Assembly: GCA_000146045.2 (NCBI GenBank)
Contig: BK006949.2
Span: 736,001-800,000, forward strand
Source of the DNA: TPA_inf: Saccharomyces
Taxonomy: Eukaryota
DNA length: 64,000 nt
Direction of reading: 5' to 3'
The position numbers and the translations under genes were made by a program. The notes under the pieces were generated by a model. The model made no database searches. It saw only the letters and a program-made list of their open reading frames with translations, and was not told the DNA's origin. Of this stretch, positions 63,234-64,000 are shown in pieces. Numbering within the stretch: the first letter of the stretch is position 1; the number at the start of each line of letters is the position of its first letter.

Positions 63234-64000
63234 ATGGTTTCAGTTATAGACAAGCTTGTTTTTGACTTTGGTGGGAAAACTCTGGTCTCTCTCGCACCAG
63301 ATAATAATACTTTGTGTGTAGCCAATAAAAATGGCTTAACCAAGATTCTGAAGACAAATAACCCAGAAGAAGAGCCAGAGACTTTAGATTCTTCCAAATT
63401 GGTCTCGTCTATAAAATGCTATTCAAACTCGCACTTTCTGATGACTACAATGCAAGGTGATGCTCTTAGGTATAACATCGATTCTAGTCAAGAAGAATTA
63501 TTGGCTAGATTTGCTTTACCCCTACGTGACTGCTGTGTTATTCATTCAGGTAAAATGGCCGTATTTGGAGGAGACGACTTAGAACTAATCCTTTTGGAAT
63601 TGGACGATGAAACACACAAAAAACATGCCATTAAAATCGATGAACAAGTTTCTCAAATTTCTTACAATTCACAGATGAATATTTTAGCAGTTTCAATGAT
63701 AAATGGTAAGGTACAAATTTTTTCTCTGACATCTACTATTCCAAACAAAGTTCATGAGTTAAATGATTACATAGTGGCCAATTCATATGATGATACACAC
63801 AGAGATAAGATACTCTCGAATATGATGGATGATATAGATAAAGACAATGATAATGACCTGAGTGAAACGGCTGATCCAGATGAGAACAATGTAGCTGATC
63901 CAGAATTCTGTGCTGCTAATAGAATTTGCACGAGAGTGGCTTGGCATCCGAAGGGTCTGCATTTTGCGCTACCATGTGCAGATGATACAGTAAAAATATT
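63234..64000 (+). CDS. CTF4: Replisome-associated WD40 protein Ctf4, N-terminal ~255 codons; it continues beyond the window end.
   Basis: The open frame from the ATG at 63234 reads MVSVIDKLVFDFGGKTLVSLAPDNNTLCVANKNGLTKILKTNNPEEEPETLDSSKL.... It is unterminated at the window end and therefore absent from the ORF track. Confidence 0.85.
   Translation, partial: MVSVIDKLVFDFGGKTLVSLAPDNNTLCVANKNGLTKILKTNNPEEEPETLDSSKLVSSIKCYSNSHFLMTTMQGDALRYNIDSSQEELLARFALPLRDCCVIHSGKMAVFGGDDLELILLELDDETHKKHAIKIDEQVSQISYNSQMNILAVSMINGKVQIFSLTSTIPNKVHELNDYIVANSYDDTHRDKILSNMMDDIDKDNDNDLSETADPDENNVADPEFCAANRICTRVAWHPKGLHFALPCADDTVKI

Noticed and set aside
1-64000. Search for CRISPR arrays, operon-like defence islands, integrons and prophage.
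   Set aside because: The window is eukaryotic nuclear DNA (spliceosomal intron, tRNA intron, Ty LTRs, monocistronic genes with yeast promoters). There are no short regularly spaced repeat-spacer arrays or operons. The only regularly spaced repeats are coding and microsatellite tandems and the 450-bp direct repeat pair.

Overview
This window is nuclear DNA from Saccharomyces cerevisiae, chromosome XVI right arm, spanning YPR104C (FHL1, 5' part) through YPR135W (CTF4, 5' part). I recognised about 32 protein-coding genes by their translated sequences and SGD-length agreement. The order is FHL1, COG4, ISR1, YTH1, RPN7, YPR109W, RPC40, DBF20, MRD1, PIS1, YPR114W, RGC1, RRG8, YPR117W, MRI1, CLB2, CLB5, THI22, AXL1, CTR1, YLH47, YPR127W, ANT1, SCD6, NAT3, RPS23B (spliced), SPN1, TOM5, MSS18, CTF4. 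There are three tRNA genes: tT(UGU), an intron-containing tK(UUU), and tC(GCA). Solo Ty LTRs (sigma, delta) cluster next to the tRNA-Lys and tRNA-Cys genes. Several promoters carry textbook motifs: PAC/RRPE at MRD1 and RPC40, PACE at RPN7, CuREs at CTR1, an MCB cluster at CLB5, Mcm1/Fkh elements at CLB2, and a Rap1 site at RPS23B. This is a eukaryotic locus with introns, a tRNA intron and LTRs, so there are no CRISPR arrays, operons or prokaryotic defence systems. I see no evidence for an undescribed biological system. The structural observations worth a second look are: (i) about 450-bp direct repeats bracketing an LTR+THI22 cassette, (ii) C11 and G10 homopolymer tracts flanking YPR114W, (iii) a perfect 12-bp CGG/CCG palindrome upstream of YPR127W, and (iv) in-frame 57-bp tandem repeats in CTR1. 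Coordinates of motifs and LTR ends were counted by hand and may be off by a few bases.
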